Assembly (NCBI GenBank): GCA_937936325.1
Contig: CALGWV010000033.1
Coordinates: forward strand, 1 to 53,286
Origin: an uncultured Bdellovibrionales bacterium
GTDB taxonomy: Bacteria; Bdellovibrionota; Bdellovibrionia; Bdellovibrionales; UBA1609
Reading direction: 5' to 3'
DNA length: 53,286 nt
Shown: one piece after another, positions 38,618 through 47,680 of the stretch
How positions within the stretch are numbered: the first letter of the stretch is position 1
Layout of the letters: each line of letters starts with the position of its first letter
The notes under the pieces: model-generated
What the model saw: the letters and a program-made list of their open reading frames with translations, nothing else
What the model was told of the DNA's origin: nothing
Databases searched by the model: none
Made by a program: the position numbers and the translations under genes

Positions 38618-40222
38618 TTAAACTGAGAGTATTTCTTTTTGTTCTTGAACTGCAGCCATTAGAGACTCAACCTCAGCTTGAAGCTGATTATCAGACCAAC
38701 CCAATTTACTTTGAAAAAGACGCCCCATGTTTTCAATTGAGGCCTGATCACAGAGATGTTGTTGATCAAAAAGTGGGGTGCGACGTAAATAAAAATCTTT
38801 TAGACTCTTAACAGCTTCATATTCTATCGCAAATTGAGCTTCATACTCCCAAAGACCTTGGCCTTTAAACTCAGTGAGAATTGTGTGAGCCTCATCTCCT
38901 CGACGCTGGAAAAGCTGTTTTAAATCACTCTGACTTAAAACAGGGTGATCTGATGGAATTACTGAGTTATCAAACTCACCAAAGTGTGGAGTAAAAGTAT
39001 CAGAAATCTTTTCTTTAGAGCTCAAACCCATATTTTTTAGAGCTTTTGAGACCGCTTCTTGGCACATCACCCTATATGTAGTGTATTTTCCTCCCATAAT
39101 CACAGTCACCTGGTTATTAAGATGGCTTTCAATCACATGGTTTCTGCTAATTTTACTTTCTGAAGAAGCCCCATCACTCACTAAGGGACGAACTCCCGCA
39201 TAAGTAGACACCCAACTTGGTGAGCTCAAATCTATATCTGGAAAATAATCTTTTAAAACTTTTAAAATATAATCCACATCTGCAGCTTCACTTTTTACAC
39301 TGTCTGGGGAGTCTGAAAAATGAGTGTCCGTGGTTCCCACTAAAATTCCTTCATTTCTGGGGATGACGAATAAAATTCTTTTTTGATTGTCAGCTCCCAT
39401 CACTAAGGCTTTTTTCATTTGAAAAGCTTGAGTTTTAAAAAAAACATGAACTCCTTTTGTGGGCTTTAAGCGAGGCACCCAAGTGGAATCCAGCTGACTC
39501 ATAAAAATATCTGTCCATGGGCCTAAAGCAGAAATCAAATGTTGAGTTTTAATTTTTTTAATTTCTGAACCTCTTTTGAGGGTCACCTCTAAGACGTCAT
39601 TTTTTTGCTCCGCCTCTAAAACCTCAGTATAAGAAAATATATCTCCACCCAACTCATGAGAACGCCTGGCTAGATCCACCACAATACGGTCGTCCTCCAT
39701 CATGGCATCAGAATACAAAAAGCCTCCCAAAGAGTTTCTTCGTTTAAGCTTAGGGAAGAACTGAAAAAGCTTAGAAACAGAAACCCTCTGATGAAAATGA
39801 GGAGCGCGAAACCCACAAAACAAGTCATATAGAAACAGCCCCGCCCTTAACTTAAAGGCGGAAACTCGGTCACCTTTGTATAGAGGGAGCACAAATTCAA
39901 TGGGTTTCACCAAGTGTGGTATTTTTTTTAAAAGATAGGTTCGCTCTTTTAAGGCCTCAAATACGAGTTTGAATTCAAATTGCTCTAAATATCTCAAGCC
40001 ACCGTGAACTAGTCGGCTGGATTTAGAACTGGTTCCTGAGGCAAAATCTGACTTTTCTACAAGGAGGGTTTTACAACCTGACCTTAGAGACTCAAAGGCA
40101 CTTCCTGCTCCATTAATCCCACCACCCACAATACAAATATCGTAGATCTCTTGATCACAATTTTTAAATTTATCATCCTGAGATTTTTGGGAAAATGGAA
40201 TTCTATTTTTTTGAGGCAACAA
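38618..40222 (-). CDS. glpD: FAD-dependent glycerol-3-phosphate dehydrogenase
   Basis: Dinucleotide fold DICIVGGGINGAGSAFE, then GTSSKSSRLVHGGLRYLE, and a C-terminal alpha-helical domain. 534 aa. Confidence 0.85.
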   Translation of the reverse strand: MLPQKNRIPFSQKSQDDKFKNCDQEIYDICIVGGGINGAGSAFESLRSGCKTLLVEKSDFASGTSSKSSRLVHGGLRYLEQFEFKLVFEALKERTYLLKKIPHLVKPIEFVLPLYKGDRVSAFKLRAGLFLYDLFCGFRAPHFHQRVSVSKLFQFFPKLKRRNSLGGFLYSDAMMEDDRIVVDLARRSHELGGDIFSYTEVLEAEQKNDVLEVTLKRGSEIKKIKTQHLISALGPWTDIFMSQLDSTWVPRLKPTKGVHVFFKTQAFQMKKALVMGADNQKRILFVIPRNEGILVGTTDTHFSDSPDSVKSEAADVDYILKVLKDYFPDIDLSSPSWVSTYAGVRPLVSDGASSESKISRNHVIESHLNNQVTVIMGGKYTTYRVMCQEAVSKALKNMGLSSKEKISDTFTPHFGEFDNSVIPSDHPVLSQSDLKQLFQRRGDEAHTILTEFKGQGLWEYEAQFAIEYEAVKSLKDFYLRRTPLFDQQHLCDQASIENMGRLFQSKLGWSDNQLQAEVESLMAAVQEQKEILSV

Positions 40223-40224
40223 CT

Positions 40225-40620
40225 TTAAACTTCCTCATTTAAATCATTTACGAAACCTACAAGATACTCTGAATGTAAGACTTTTTGAAAGTGCTTTTCC
40301 CTAGCAATTTTTTTCTGGGCTTCGAAAAGAAGTTTTTTCTGCTCTTTAGGACCATCCACCCACTCTATCCAGAGACTCTGAGTCTGACCATTTTTAAAAA
40401 CAAAAGCCTGGGCTAAAGAGTAAGCCACAAGCTCATCATCATGAGCAAAAACGCCCAGACACCAACCGGTATTCACATAGAACTCCACAGACTCTTTTCT
40501 TTCTGGGTGATTCCACAACTCCATCTGTTGTTCAAAATCAAGATCTTTGTTTTTTTGTTCGAGGAATTTAAAAATAGATTCTAAGTCAGTGCCTCTAAGT
40601 ACACGCATTTGAACATCCAT
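40225..40620 (-). CDS. hypothetical protein (possibly a degenerate GNAT fold)
   Basis: 131 aa. It sits 2 nt upstream of glpD and downstream of ftsI. No catalytic motif recognised. Confidence 0.4.
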   Translation of the reverse strand: MDVQMRVLRGTDLESIFKFLEQKNKDLDFEQQMELWNHPERKESVEFYVNTGWCLGVFAHDDELVAYSLAQAFVFKNGQTQSLWIEWVDGPKEQKKLLFEAQKKIAREKHFQKVLHSEYLVGFVNDLNEEV

Positions 40621-40636
40621 ACGAAGCCTTTAGTGT

Positions 40637-42625
40637 TTAAGTTTTTTTGGGCTTTAGATGTATCACGATCTTGTCACTTTGAGTATATTTATGACCAAAT
40701 TGAGGGACTGTTTTTAAAACAGCCCCTTCACCAAAAAATTCAATAGGCTTACCGGTAGGTTTTAAAAATGAAATGGCCTGCCTTAAACTCAAGCCTTTTA
40801 ACTTTGGCATCTGCCCGCCGTGCATGCGCTTCAGTTCTTTAGCCGCATCAAAGGAGCTTTTTATGGGCTTGCAGTTTTCACAAGCCGGAGTTCGAGCCTG
40901 AACATACAAAGGATTATGATAGGATTTCCTCATAAGGTACTGGGCCACTTTTGAAAAACTGGGTGCTGCCACCTGTGAAGCTAGAGTCTTTGTTTTTGGC
41001 TCATCGTAGGCTATATAAATCACATACTGTGGGCTATTGGCCGGCACTATCCCCACAAAAGAGCTGAGGTACTTATCTTTGTAGTACCCGCCTTCAATGA
41101 GGTTCACCTTATTGGCCGTTCCTGTTTTACCAGCAACGGGGAAGCCTAAGACCTGAGCTTTTACCCCTGTCCCCCCTTCTTCGGTCACATTCACCATCAT
41201 CTCCAGAAGCAGAGAGGCTGATTTTTTTGAAATCACACGATGTACTTTTTGAGGTTGAGACTGATACACCACTTCATCTTTAATGTTTTTCACTTGCTTC
41301 AAAAAATAAGGTTCAAGAAGGACCCCTTCATTAGCAATGGCCTGATACGCCATGGTCGTTTGAAGAGCTGAGGCTGAGAACCCATGCCCAAATGAACTCG
41401 ATGCTAAATCCCCATCCGTCCATGTTTTCTTCTTAAACAAACCCGCGCTGGCCCCAGGATAATCCACAGATGGTGTGAGTCCTATTCCAAATTTTTGATA
41501 TAACTTTTTTAACCATTGCTCACCAAGTGTGAGCGCCACCCTTGAATGCACTGTGTTTGATGATATTTTCAAGGCTTTCATCAATGTCATACTTTCACAC
41601 TCTAATTTTTTAGAATCTCTAATGACTCTTTTACCAATATAAATTCCTTTTTTCTCACAAGGCCACTCGCTCAATGGTTTATATGAACGCTCCAGAGCTC
41701 CAGCAACGGTAAGAACTTTAATGGTGCTCCCCTGCTCATAGGCATCAGTAATTGCAATGGTTTTTCTTTTAGATCCAGAAATTTCAAATGGAGTATTGGC
41801 ATTAAATCCTGGGGCTTGGGCCATGGCTTTTATGGCTCCGGTTTTTACATCTACGACTACGCCCATAGCTTGTTTGGCTTCAAACTCCAAACGCCCTTGG
41901 TTTAAAATGTCTTCTAAAACAAACTGAACTTCACTATCTAAAGATAAATACAAATCCAAACCCTCTGGAGGTTCTGTCATGGGATCCATATCCATAATTA
42001 AAGGACGCCCACGGGCATCTCTCGAAACCCAAAGCTCCTTATCTTTTCCGGCCAGATAATTATTGTATTGGTACTCTAGACCTTCAAGCCCTTCACCATC
42101 TCGCCCCACAAATCCTAATAAAGGACTCGCTAATTTTTGTGAAGGATAAAATCTTTTGGGCTCTTTAATAAAGTGTATTCCTGGCAAACCCCAGCCTATT
42201 ATTTTTTTCTTAAGCTGAGGGGAAATTTGCCTTTTTACCCAAACAAACCTTTTATTTTTTTTAGATACTTTTTTAAATAGATTTTTTTTATTTAAATTTA
42301 AAAGCTGAGCCAACTTGAGACTTGTTTTTGACTTATCTATTATAAACTTAGGGTCAACAAATAAGGAATAAGCCGGGAGACTAATGGCAAGCTCCTTTCC
42401 GTTTTCATCAAAAATAGAACCCCTGCGAGATTTCATTTTAATTTGAGTGGTATAAAGACTATCTGCCTTTTTATCTAACTTCAGGTTTTTTGAAAAAAGT
42501 ATATTTACAGCTTTACCCATAAAAATAGGCAGTACTAAAATGTTTAAAACTAAAATTAATTTAAGACGTAAAGAAAGTGCTTTTTCTTTTGTTTCATCAT
42601 CGGTCTTAAATCTAAATAATTTCAT
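40637..42625 (-). CDS. ftsI: class B penicillin-binding protein (FtsI/PBP3-type) with a PASTA-like C-terminal domain
   Basis: N-terminal TM anchor. Transpeptidase motifs STIK, SSN and KTGT. The C-terminal ~60 aa (PKLKGLSLRQAISFLKPTGKPIEFFGEGAVLKTVPQ…) resemble a PASTA domain. Its position after ftsL supports the call. Confidence 0.85.
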   Translation of the reverse strand: MKLFRFKTDDETKEKALSLRLKLILVLNILVLPIFMGKAVNILFSKNLKLDKKADSLYTTQIKMKSRRGSIFDENGKELAISLPAYSLFVDPKFIIDKSKTSLKLAQLLNLNKKNLFKKVSKKNKRFVWVKRQISPQLKKKIIGWGLPGIHFIKEPKRFYPSQKLASPLLGFVGRDGEGLEGLEYQYNNYLAGKDKELWVSRDARGRPLIMDMDPMTEPPEGLDLYLSLDSEVQFVLEDILNQGRLEFEAKQAMGVVVDVKTGAIKAMAQAPGFNANTPFEISGSKRKTIAITDAYEQGSTIKVLTVAGALERSYKPLSEWPCEKKGIYIGKRVIRDSKKLECESMTLMKALKISSNTVHSRVALTLGEQWLKKLYQKFGIGLTPSVDYPGASAGLFKKKTWTDGDLASSSFGHGFSASALQTTMAYQAIANEGVLLEPYFLKQVKNIKDEVVYQSQPQKVHRVISKKSASLLLEMMVNVTEEGGTGVKAQVLGFPVAGKTGTANKVNLIEGGYYKDKYLSSFVGIVPANSPQYVIYIAYDEPKTKTLASQVAAPSFSKVAQYLMRKSYHNPLYVQARTPACENCKPIKSSFDAAKELKRMHGGQMPKLKGLSLRQAISFLKPTGKPIEFFGEGAVLKTVPQFGHKYTQSDKIVIHLKPKKT

Positions 42626-42642
42626 AACTTAATAAATAAAAT

Positions 42643-42939
42643 TTATTTTTGGGCCGTCACATCTACATTTCGAATCTTAATCACTTGCCCCAACTCTGGC
42701 TCATTCAAAGACAAGCGATGTTGCGCCATCCAAGCCACAGAGCTGTTTCCAGTTTTCACCTCAAGCCTTGAGGCCATCATCCGGTGATGATCTTCAAGAG
42801 CTTGGTAGTTTTTTGAAAGCTTATAAACTGAGTATGAGTTTCTTCTCACTTCCATTTTAAAAATAGTGTGAATGAAAACTGCGCAAAACAAAAACAACAA
42901 ACTTAAAATAGGTTTATAGGACCATTCAATGGATTTCAT
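42643..42939 (-). CDS. ftsL: cell-division protein FtsL-like
   Basis: 98 aa, single TM helix plus a short periplasmic coiled segment. Located between rsmH and ftsI. Confidence 0.55.
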   Translation of the reverse strand: MKSIEWSYKPILSLLFLFCAVFIHTIFKMEVRRNSYSVYKLSKNYQALEDHHRMMASRLEVKTGNSSVAWMAQHRLSLNEPELGQVIKIRNVDVTAQK

Positions 42940-43835
42940 AGTATCACTTCCTTTTCGTAGGCTCTTAACTTGGCGCTTCGGGCTCTAGGGTTGTTTTTAA
43001 TTTCCTCTTTTGAAGGATGAGTGACCTTGCGCTTAATGGCCTTTATAAATTCATGCTCTCTAAAGTAAAATTTAACCTTTCGGTCCTCAAGAGAGTGAAA
43101 GCTTATTATGACAAGCCTTCCTCCGGGCTTTAACCAAATGCTGAAGTTCTCAAGAGCTTGATCTAGTCCAGAAATTTCACGATTGACATACATACGAAGG
43201 GCCAAAAAGTATAGGGTGGCAGGGTGGCTGCCTTTCTTACGCCATCCCACTTTTTTTTCTATAAGTTCAGCCAATTCTGTTGTGGTCTTAAAGTCCTGCA
43301 CTCGTCTTTGCTCTAAAATGGCATCCACGACTTTTTTTGGTCTTTGAATTTCGCCTAAAGTTTGAAAAATATCTACTAAATCCTTAGCATCAAACTCGTT
43401 AATCACCTTGGCTGCTGACAACTTTAGACTGGGATCCATCCTCATGTCCAAAGGTCCTTCTTTATAAAAACTAAAGCCACGATGGGCTTGATCTAGCTGA
43501 GGTGAGCTCACACCCAAATCCACTAAAATAAAATCAAAAGAGCTTTGTTCGAATTTGGCATCCTGAAAATTAGCTTTTACAAATTTAATTCGATCACCAT
43601 ACAAGGGTATGAATTTTTTTTCTCCATACTCTATGGCTTCCGGATCTTGATCCAAGGCAACAAGGGAGATCTCACTGGAATGACCTAATATTTGACTCGA
43701 ATGTCCACCACGTCCAAACGTTGCATCCAAGCCTTTTACTTTTCCAGCTTCTAATACTGGGTCTAAGTAAAATAGCACCTCATCCAACAATACAGGGAGG
43801 TGAAGTGTGTTAGTCTCATTCAAAGAGTGATTCAT
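42936..43835 (-). CDS. rsmH: 16S rRNA (cytosine1402-N4)-methyltransferase RsmH
   Basis: HLPVLLDEV, DATFGRGGHS, DLGVSSPQLD and SFHSLEDR motifs. The ATG at 43835 (GAAGGG upstream) is preferred over the TTG at 43847. It overlaps the mraZ 3' end by 20 nt. Confidence 0.9.
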   Translation of the reverse strand: MNHSLNETNTLHLPVLLDEVLFYLDPVLEAGKVKGLDATFGRGGHSSQILGHSSEISLVALDQDPEAIEYGEKKFIPLYGDRIKFVKANFQDAKFEQSSFDFILVDLGVSSPQLDQAHRGFSFYKEGPLDMRMDPSLKLSAAKVINEFDAKDLVDIFQTLGEIQRPKKVVDAILEQRRVQDFKTTTELAELIEKKVGWRKKGSHPATLYFLALRMYVNREISGLDQALENFSIWLKPGGRLVIISFHSLEDRKVKFYFREHEFIKAIKRKVTHPSKEEIKNNPRARSAKLRAYEKEVIL

Positions 43836-44250
43836 AAATCCCTTCAAAGCTTTCTGTAAATTCGTTATAAACTTTATTCCAATTTTCTACAGACCAAATC
43901 TCAAATTTCTCTCCCATTCCAACAACAACAGCTTCAGCTCTTAAACCTAAATAGCTTTTTAAGTCTGGTGATAAACTCAATCGATTTTGTTTATCTCTTT
44001 CAACAGTCTGGGCACCCGCAATATAGAAACGGTAAAAAGCTTGATATTTAAGTCCTTTATTTTTAAGCCCTTTCCATTCTTTGAGTTTTTTCTGCCACAA
44101 TGCTTCTGGAAACACATCCAAACAAGGTGTTTTTTTAAAACTACTATTTGTAATAACAAAGGATTGAAGGTCCCCACTAAATTTTGTAGGAAGCCTCAAA
44201 CGCCCCTTATCATCCACTTTGACTGAAATTCTGCTGCTAAAATGAGTCAT
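43816..44250 (-). CDS. mraZ: transcriptional regulator MraZ
   Basis: The two diagnostic repeats DDKGRLRLP and DKQNRLSLS are present. Trimmed to the ATG at 44250, giving 144 aa. Confidence 0.85.
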   Translation of the reverse strand: MTHFSSRISVKVDDKGRLRLPTKFSGDLQSFVITNSSFKKTPCLDVFPEALWQKKLKEWKGLKNKGLKYQAFYRFYIAGAQTVERDKQNRLSLSPDLKSYLGLRAEAVVVGMGEKFEIWSVENWNKVYNEFTESFEGIYESLFE

Positions 44251-44254
44251 GTTT

Positions 44255-44299
44255 TCCACAATGTGGGATAATTTCCCACATTTTTCCACCTTTTACCAC
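44255..44299 (-). promoter_or_regulatory. phased GTGG direct repeats (candidate MraZ operator) upstream of mraZ
   Basis: On the + strand, CCAC occurs at 44276, 44286 and 44296 (exact 10-bp phasing) and at 44255. On the - strand this reads AAGTGGTAAAAGGTGGAAAAATGTGGG. An inverted repeat TGTGGGA-N5-TCCCACA lies at about 44260-44279. Confidence 0.45.
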
Positions 44300-44384
44300 T
44301 TAACGGTTTTTTTTGACATATCTTTAATACTTTTTAACCTCAGTGCACCCCCCTTTATCTTGACCCCTCAAGCTTTGCTAGAGT

Positions 44385-45008
44385 GTGCCCATGAGCAATT
44401 TTTTCCCACCTAATAATCACGGCTGGATCGAGACCATTACTGGATGTATGTTTAGCGGTAAGACTGAGGAACTCATCCGGCAAGTTCGTCGAGCCCACCT
44501 TGCTAAAAAAAAGTTCAAGATCTATAAACCTGCTTTAGATCAAAGGTATGCCAAGGATCTGATTGTTTCCCATAGCCAGCAAAAGCTCACATCAACCACT
44601 GTTGAAAATCCTCAAGATATTTTAAAATGCTTAGACTCTCAGCCTGATCTGGTCGCTATAGACGAAGTCCAGTTTTTTTCAGAAGAAATCATCTCTGTTT
44701 GTGAAGTCTTGGCTTCTAGCGGTGTCAGAGTCATCGTTGCGGGTTTAGACACAGACTGGATGGGACGTCCTTTTCATCCTGTGCCACAACTTTTAGCTAT
44801 TTCTGAGTTAGTTCACAAACTTTATGCAATATGTGGTGTTTGTGGCCAATTTGCCACGAGAACACAAAGGCTGGTATCTTCTAATAAAAATATTTTGCTA
44901 GGTTCTGGAGAAATCTACCAAGCTAGGTGCAGAGAGCACTTCGAACTCCAGCAACCGACTCATCAAAGTCTAGGGGAAATACACAATGCTCAGCCAGCAG
45001 AAGTTTAA
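44385..45008 (+). CDS. tdk: thymidine kinase
   Basis: P-loop GCMFSGKTEELIR, Walker B VAIDEVQFF, and a C-terminal zinc-ribbon-type CGVCG…ARCREH. The start is either the GTG at 44385 or the ATG at 44391. Confidence 0.9.
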   Translation: MPMSNFFPPNNHGWIETITGCMFSGKTEELIRQVRRAHLAKKKFKIYKPALDQRYAKDLIVSHSQQKLTSTTVENPQDILKCLDSQPDLVAIDEVQFFSEEIISVCEVLASSGVRVIVAGLDTDWMGRPFHPVPQLLAISELVHKLYAICGVCGQFATRTQRLVSSNKNILLGSGEIYQARCREHFELQQPTHQSLGEIHNAQPAEV

Positions 45009-45534
45009 TTTATTGGAACTCATATCAGAAGAAAAAATTCAAAATAGAGTGGCGGAGTTAGCTCAAGAACTCACTACAAAATTTAAGGACGAAAAAGAAC
45101 CCATCACAGTCATCTGTGTATTAAGCGGGTCATTCATCTTTTTTTCTGACCTTATTAGAAAATTAAAATTAGATGTGATTTGTGACTTTTATGGCTGCCA
45201 AAGCTATAGCCAAGGCCAAACAACTGGAGAGGTTAAAGTCAGTTTAGACTTAAACCATGCTGTCTCTAACAAACATGTCATATTAGTTGAAGACATTGTG
45301 GATACGGGCCTGACACTCAAATTTTTAACTGACAGCCTAAACCAAAGGGGCTGCAAGTCTCTCACAACTGTAAGCTTGTTAGACAAAAAGTCCTGCCGAA
45401 AAGTGGATATTAACGCAGACTTTGTAGGCTTTGATATTGGAACTGAATTTGTAGTGGGGTATGGCTTAGATTTTGATAATAACTTCCGCCACCTACCTTA
45501 TGTGGCTGAGTTAGAAAGACTGGATTTCAATTAA
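44986..45534 (+). CDS. hpt: hypoxanthine phosphoribosyltransferase
   Basis: PRPP-binding motif VILVEDIVDTGLTL and the downstream VGYGLDF motif. 182 aa. Overlaps tdk by 23 nt. Confidence 0.9.
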   Translation: MLSQQKFNLLELISEEKIQNRVAELAQELTTKFKDEKEPITVICVLSGSFIFFSDLIRKLKLDVICDFYGCQSYSQGQTTGEVKVSLDLNHAVSNKHVILVEDIVDTGLTLKFLTDSLNQRGCKSLTTVSLLDKKSCRKVDINADFVGFDIGTEFVVGYGLDFDNNFRHLPYVAELERLDFN

Positions 45535-45567
45535 ATAAATTTGGAGTTCATGATTTTAAAGCTTAAA

Positions 45568-46044
45568 TTAGTGTTCAGCCGCCTGATCCGAAATTCTTGA
45601 AACCTCAGCAACAATTTCGCTAATGTCATATGGAAAAATATAACAAGATTTAAATTTTCTTTTTTTTTGGCCACTAACCCAAGAAGTAAGCTCGCTATAC
45701 TGAAGATAACAAATCATGACATCAGCTATATTCACAGCATACATCGTTAAATTTTTCCCAGTTAATCCCTTTTTCATATAATTCAGTTTAGGAATGCGCT
45801 TAAGCTTTTTCTTGTCTAAATTACTAATTGGAGTTGTAGTTCTGGTTCCATCTTTATCCACTCTAGTGATGGAATGACCGGTGCAACATTTTGTCGATAC
45901 AAACTTTTCAAATCCCGCATCATTTAAACTATCAAAGAGTTTTTCTTTTGACTTATAAGGTGCCTTTGCTAAGTCATCAGCCTGAACTTGAATTGAAAAT
46001 ATGATTAATTTTAAAAAGAATAATAAGTTTAAGAATTTATACAT
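45568..46044 (-). CDS. small secreted protein of unknown function
   Basis: The ATG at 46044 gives the signal peptide MYKFLNLLFFLKLIIFSIQVQA and is preceded by AAGGAAG. 158 aa. No recognisable family. Confidence 0.5.
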   Translation of the reverse strand: MYKFLNLLFFLKLIIFSIQVQADDLAKAPYKSKEKLFDSLNDAGFEKFVSTKCCTGHSITRVDKDGTRTTTPISNLDKKKLKRIPKLNYMKKGLTGKNLTMYAVNIADVMICYLQYSELTSWVSGQKKRKFKSCYIFPYDISEIVAEVSRISDQAAEH

Positions 46045-46330
46045 AAATATCACTTCCTTAAAAGGTAAGAAGCAAAATTCAGCCCTTATTTTACAAGCCC
46101 AATAACACTGTGTTTCCAATTACTTATAAGAAAATTAATTATTTTTAAACGACATTTTGTGGAGTCTGCTCAATAAATACGACCATTTTTGTCACACCCT
46201 CTGGTTCTCTTCTGAAATTGGGGGGGGGAGGGGCAGGCCAGCACCCAATTCAAGGGCATAACTTACTTAATCATCGTGTTGCATTGGCTCTGGTTATGCA
46301 GTCTGGCACCGACGTGTCACTCTGCTGAAA

Positions 46331-47680
46331 TTAATATTTATTATAAACTTGGGAGATTTTTCGATCTATTTCGTCTTGATCTCTATACTGGGTTTTTCCT
46401 GGACCGTTGGTCATCATGCAAAACGCGATATTGTTTCCTTTTTTGGTTCTGATAAATCCTGTTAAACTTCTGACGCCCGTGAGCATTCCTGTTTTTGCTC
46501 TCACGGCACCTTTGGGAAGATTTAGAAAACGTTTCTCTAAGGTTCCATCCAGACCTGACTTGGGCAAGCTTGTTAAAAACTCTGGCCCCCATAGGTGATT
46601 TTTAGCAGAACGAATTAAGATTTTCAAAACCTGATTACAACTCAATTTGTTCTTTGATGAAAGCCCCGATGCTGAGACAAAAGAACCCAAAGCATTCCCA
46701 TTAGATTCATGGTGTTGCTTGATTTTCAAAACGCCTCTTTGATAATTTTTAAACGGAGCTGTATCTAAATGTAGGCTCAACATATCAGTAATGAAATTAT
46801 TCGAGTATTTCATCATCTTAAAGACCATTTCCGAAACTGGTGGTGCCTCCATACTAAACCATTTTTTTGAAGACGAAGGAGCTTTTTGAATTTGAAAATT
46901 TCCAGAAACACTAATAGAAGCTTCAGCCAACAGGTTTACTAAATCAAAATAAAAGCGTTTTTCAGGATCATCTATTGATCTATACACTTCTTTAATAGGG
47001 CCGCCTGCCTGTATTTTACCAGACACTACAATATTTAGAGAGCTTGTTTCAGCTGTCGGTGCAAGAGTGACTGCGAGTTTGGACTTAGCGGCTGACACAC
47101 TCATTTTTTTAGGGATCACTTTAAAGTATGGAGAGTCAGGGCGACTTTTTATCACTCTCTTTTTTTTATCTCTTGAAGCCCAAGCCCCAATGGCAACAGA
47201 GTTCCAATTATAAGATAGAGCTGAAATCGGAGCGGCATAGGCTCTTTGACTTTTTTTAGCCACAGCATCTGACCACTTAGAATCAAACAAAGTGTTGTCT
47301 ATATAAATATTTTCAATTGATTGAATACCATAAAATTTGATTTCCGCGACCAAGGATCTCATGTTCTCCGTAGTAAATAGAGGGTCGCCTCCACCCACAA
47401 TCCACAAGCCTTGATCAATTCTTCCATCGCTCAAACTCTCTGCACTTGAAACTTTCAGAACAGTTTCAATTTTTTTCTCAGACAATAATTCTAAGTACGC
47501 AGATGCTGAGATCACTTTGCTAATAGAGGCCGGGGTCATTAAGATATCTGGATTTAAGACTTCCAGGTTTTTATAAGATGATAGATCTTGAAAAACAAAA
47601 GATTTTTTCTTAGCTTCACAGGCCAAAGAGATGATAAAAAGCAAAAAACTGGCAGCAATTGTGAAATGAAATTTTAACAT
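46331..47680 (-). CDS. dacB: PBP4-family D-alanyl-D-alanine carboxypeptidase/endopeptidase (peptidase S13)
   Basis: SxxK (ASISK), SxN (YSNN) and KTG (AKTGML) motifs with PBP4-like spacing and length. The ATG at 47680 gives a signal peptide. Confidence 0.8.
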   Translation of the reverse strand: MLKFHFTIAASFLLFIISLACEAKKKSFVFQDLSSYKNLEVLNPDILMTPASISKVISASAYLELLSEKKIETVLKVSSAESLSDGRIDQGLWIVGGGDPLFTTENMRSLVAEIKFYGIQSIENIYIDNTLFDSKWSDAVAKKSQRAYAAPISALSYNWNSVAIGAWASRDKKKRVIKSRPDSPYFKVIPKKMSVSAAKSKLAVTLAPTAETSSLNIVVSGKIQAGGPIKEVYRSIDDPEKRFYFDLVNLLAEASISVSGNFQIQKAPSSSKKWFSMEAPPVSEMVFKMMKYSNNFITDMLSLHLDTAPFKNYQRGVLKIKQHHESNGNALGSFVSASGLSSKNKLSCNQVLKILIRSAKNHLWGPEFLTSLPKSGLDGTLEKRFLNLPKGAVRAKTGMLTGVRSLTGFIRTKKGNNIAFCMMTNGPGKTQYRDQDEIDRKISQVYNKY

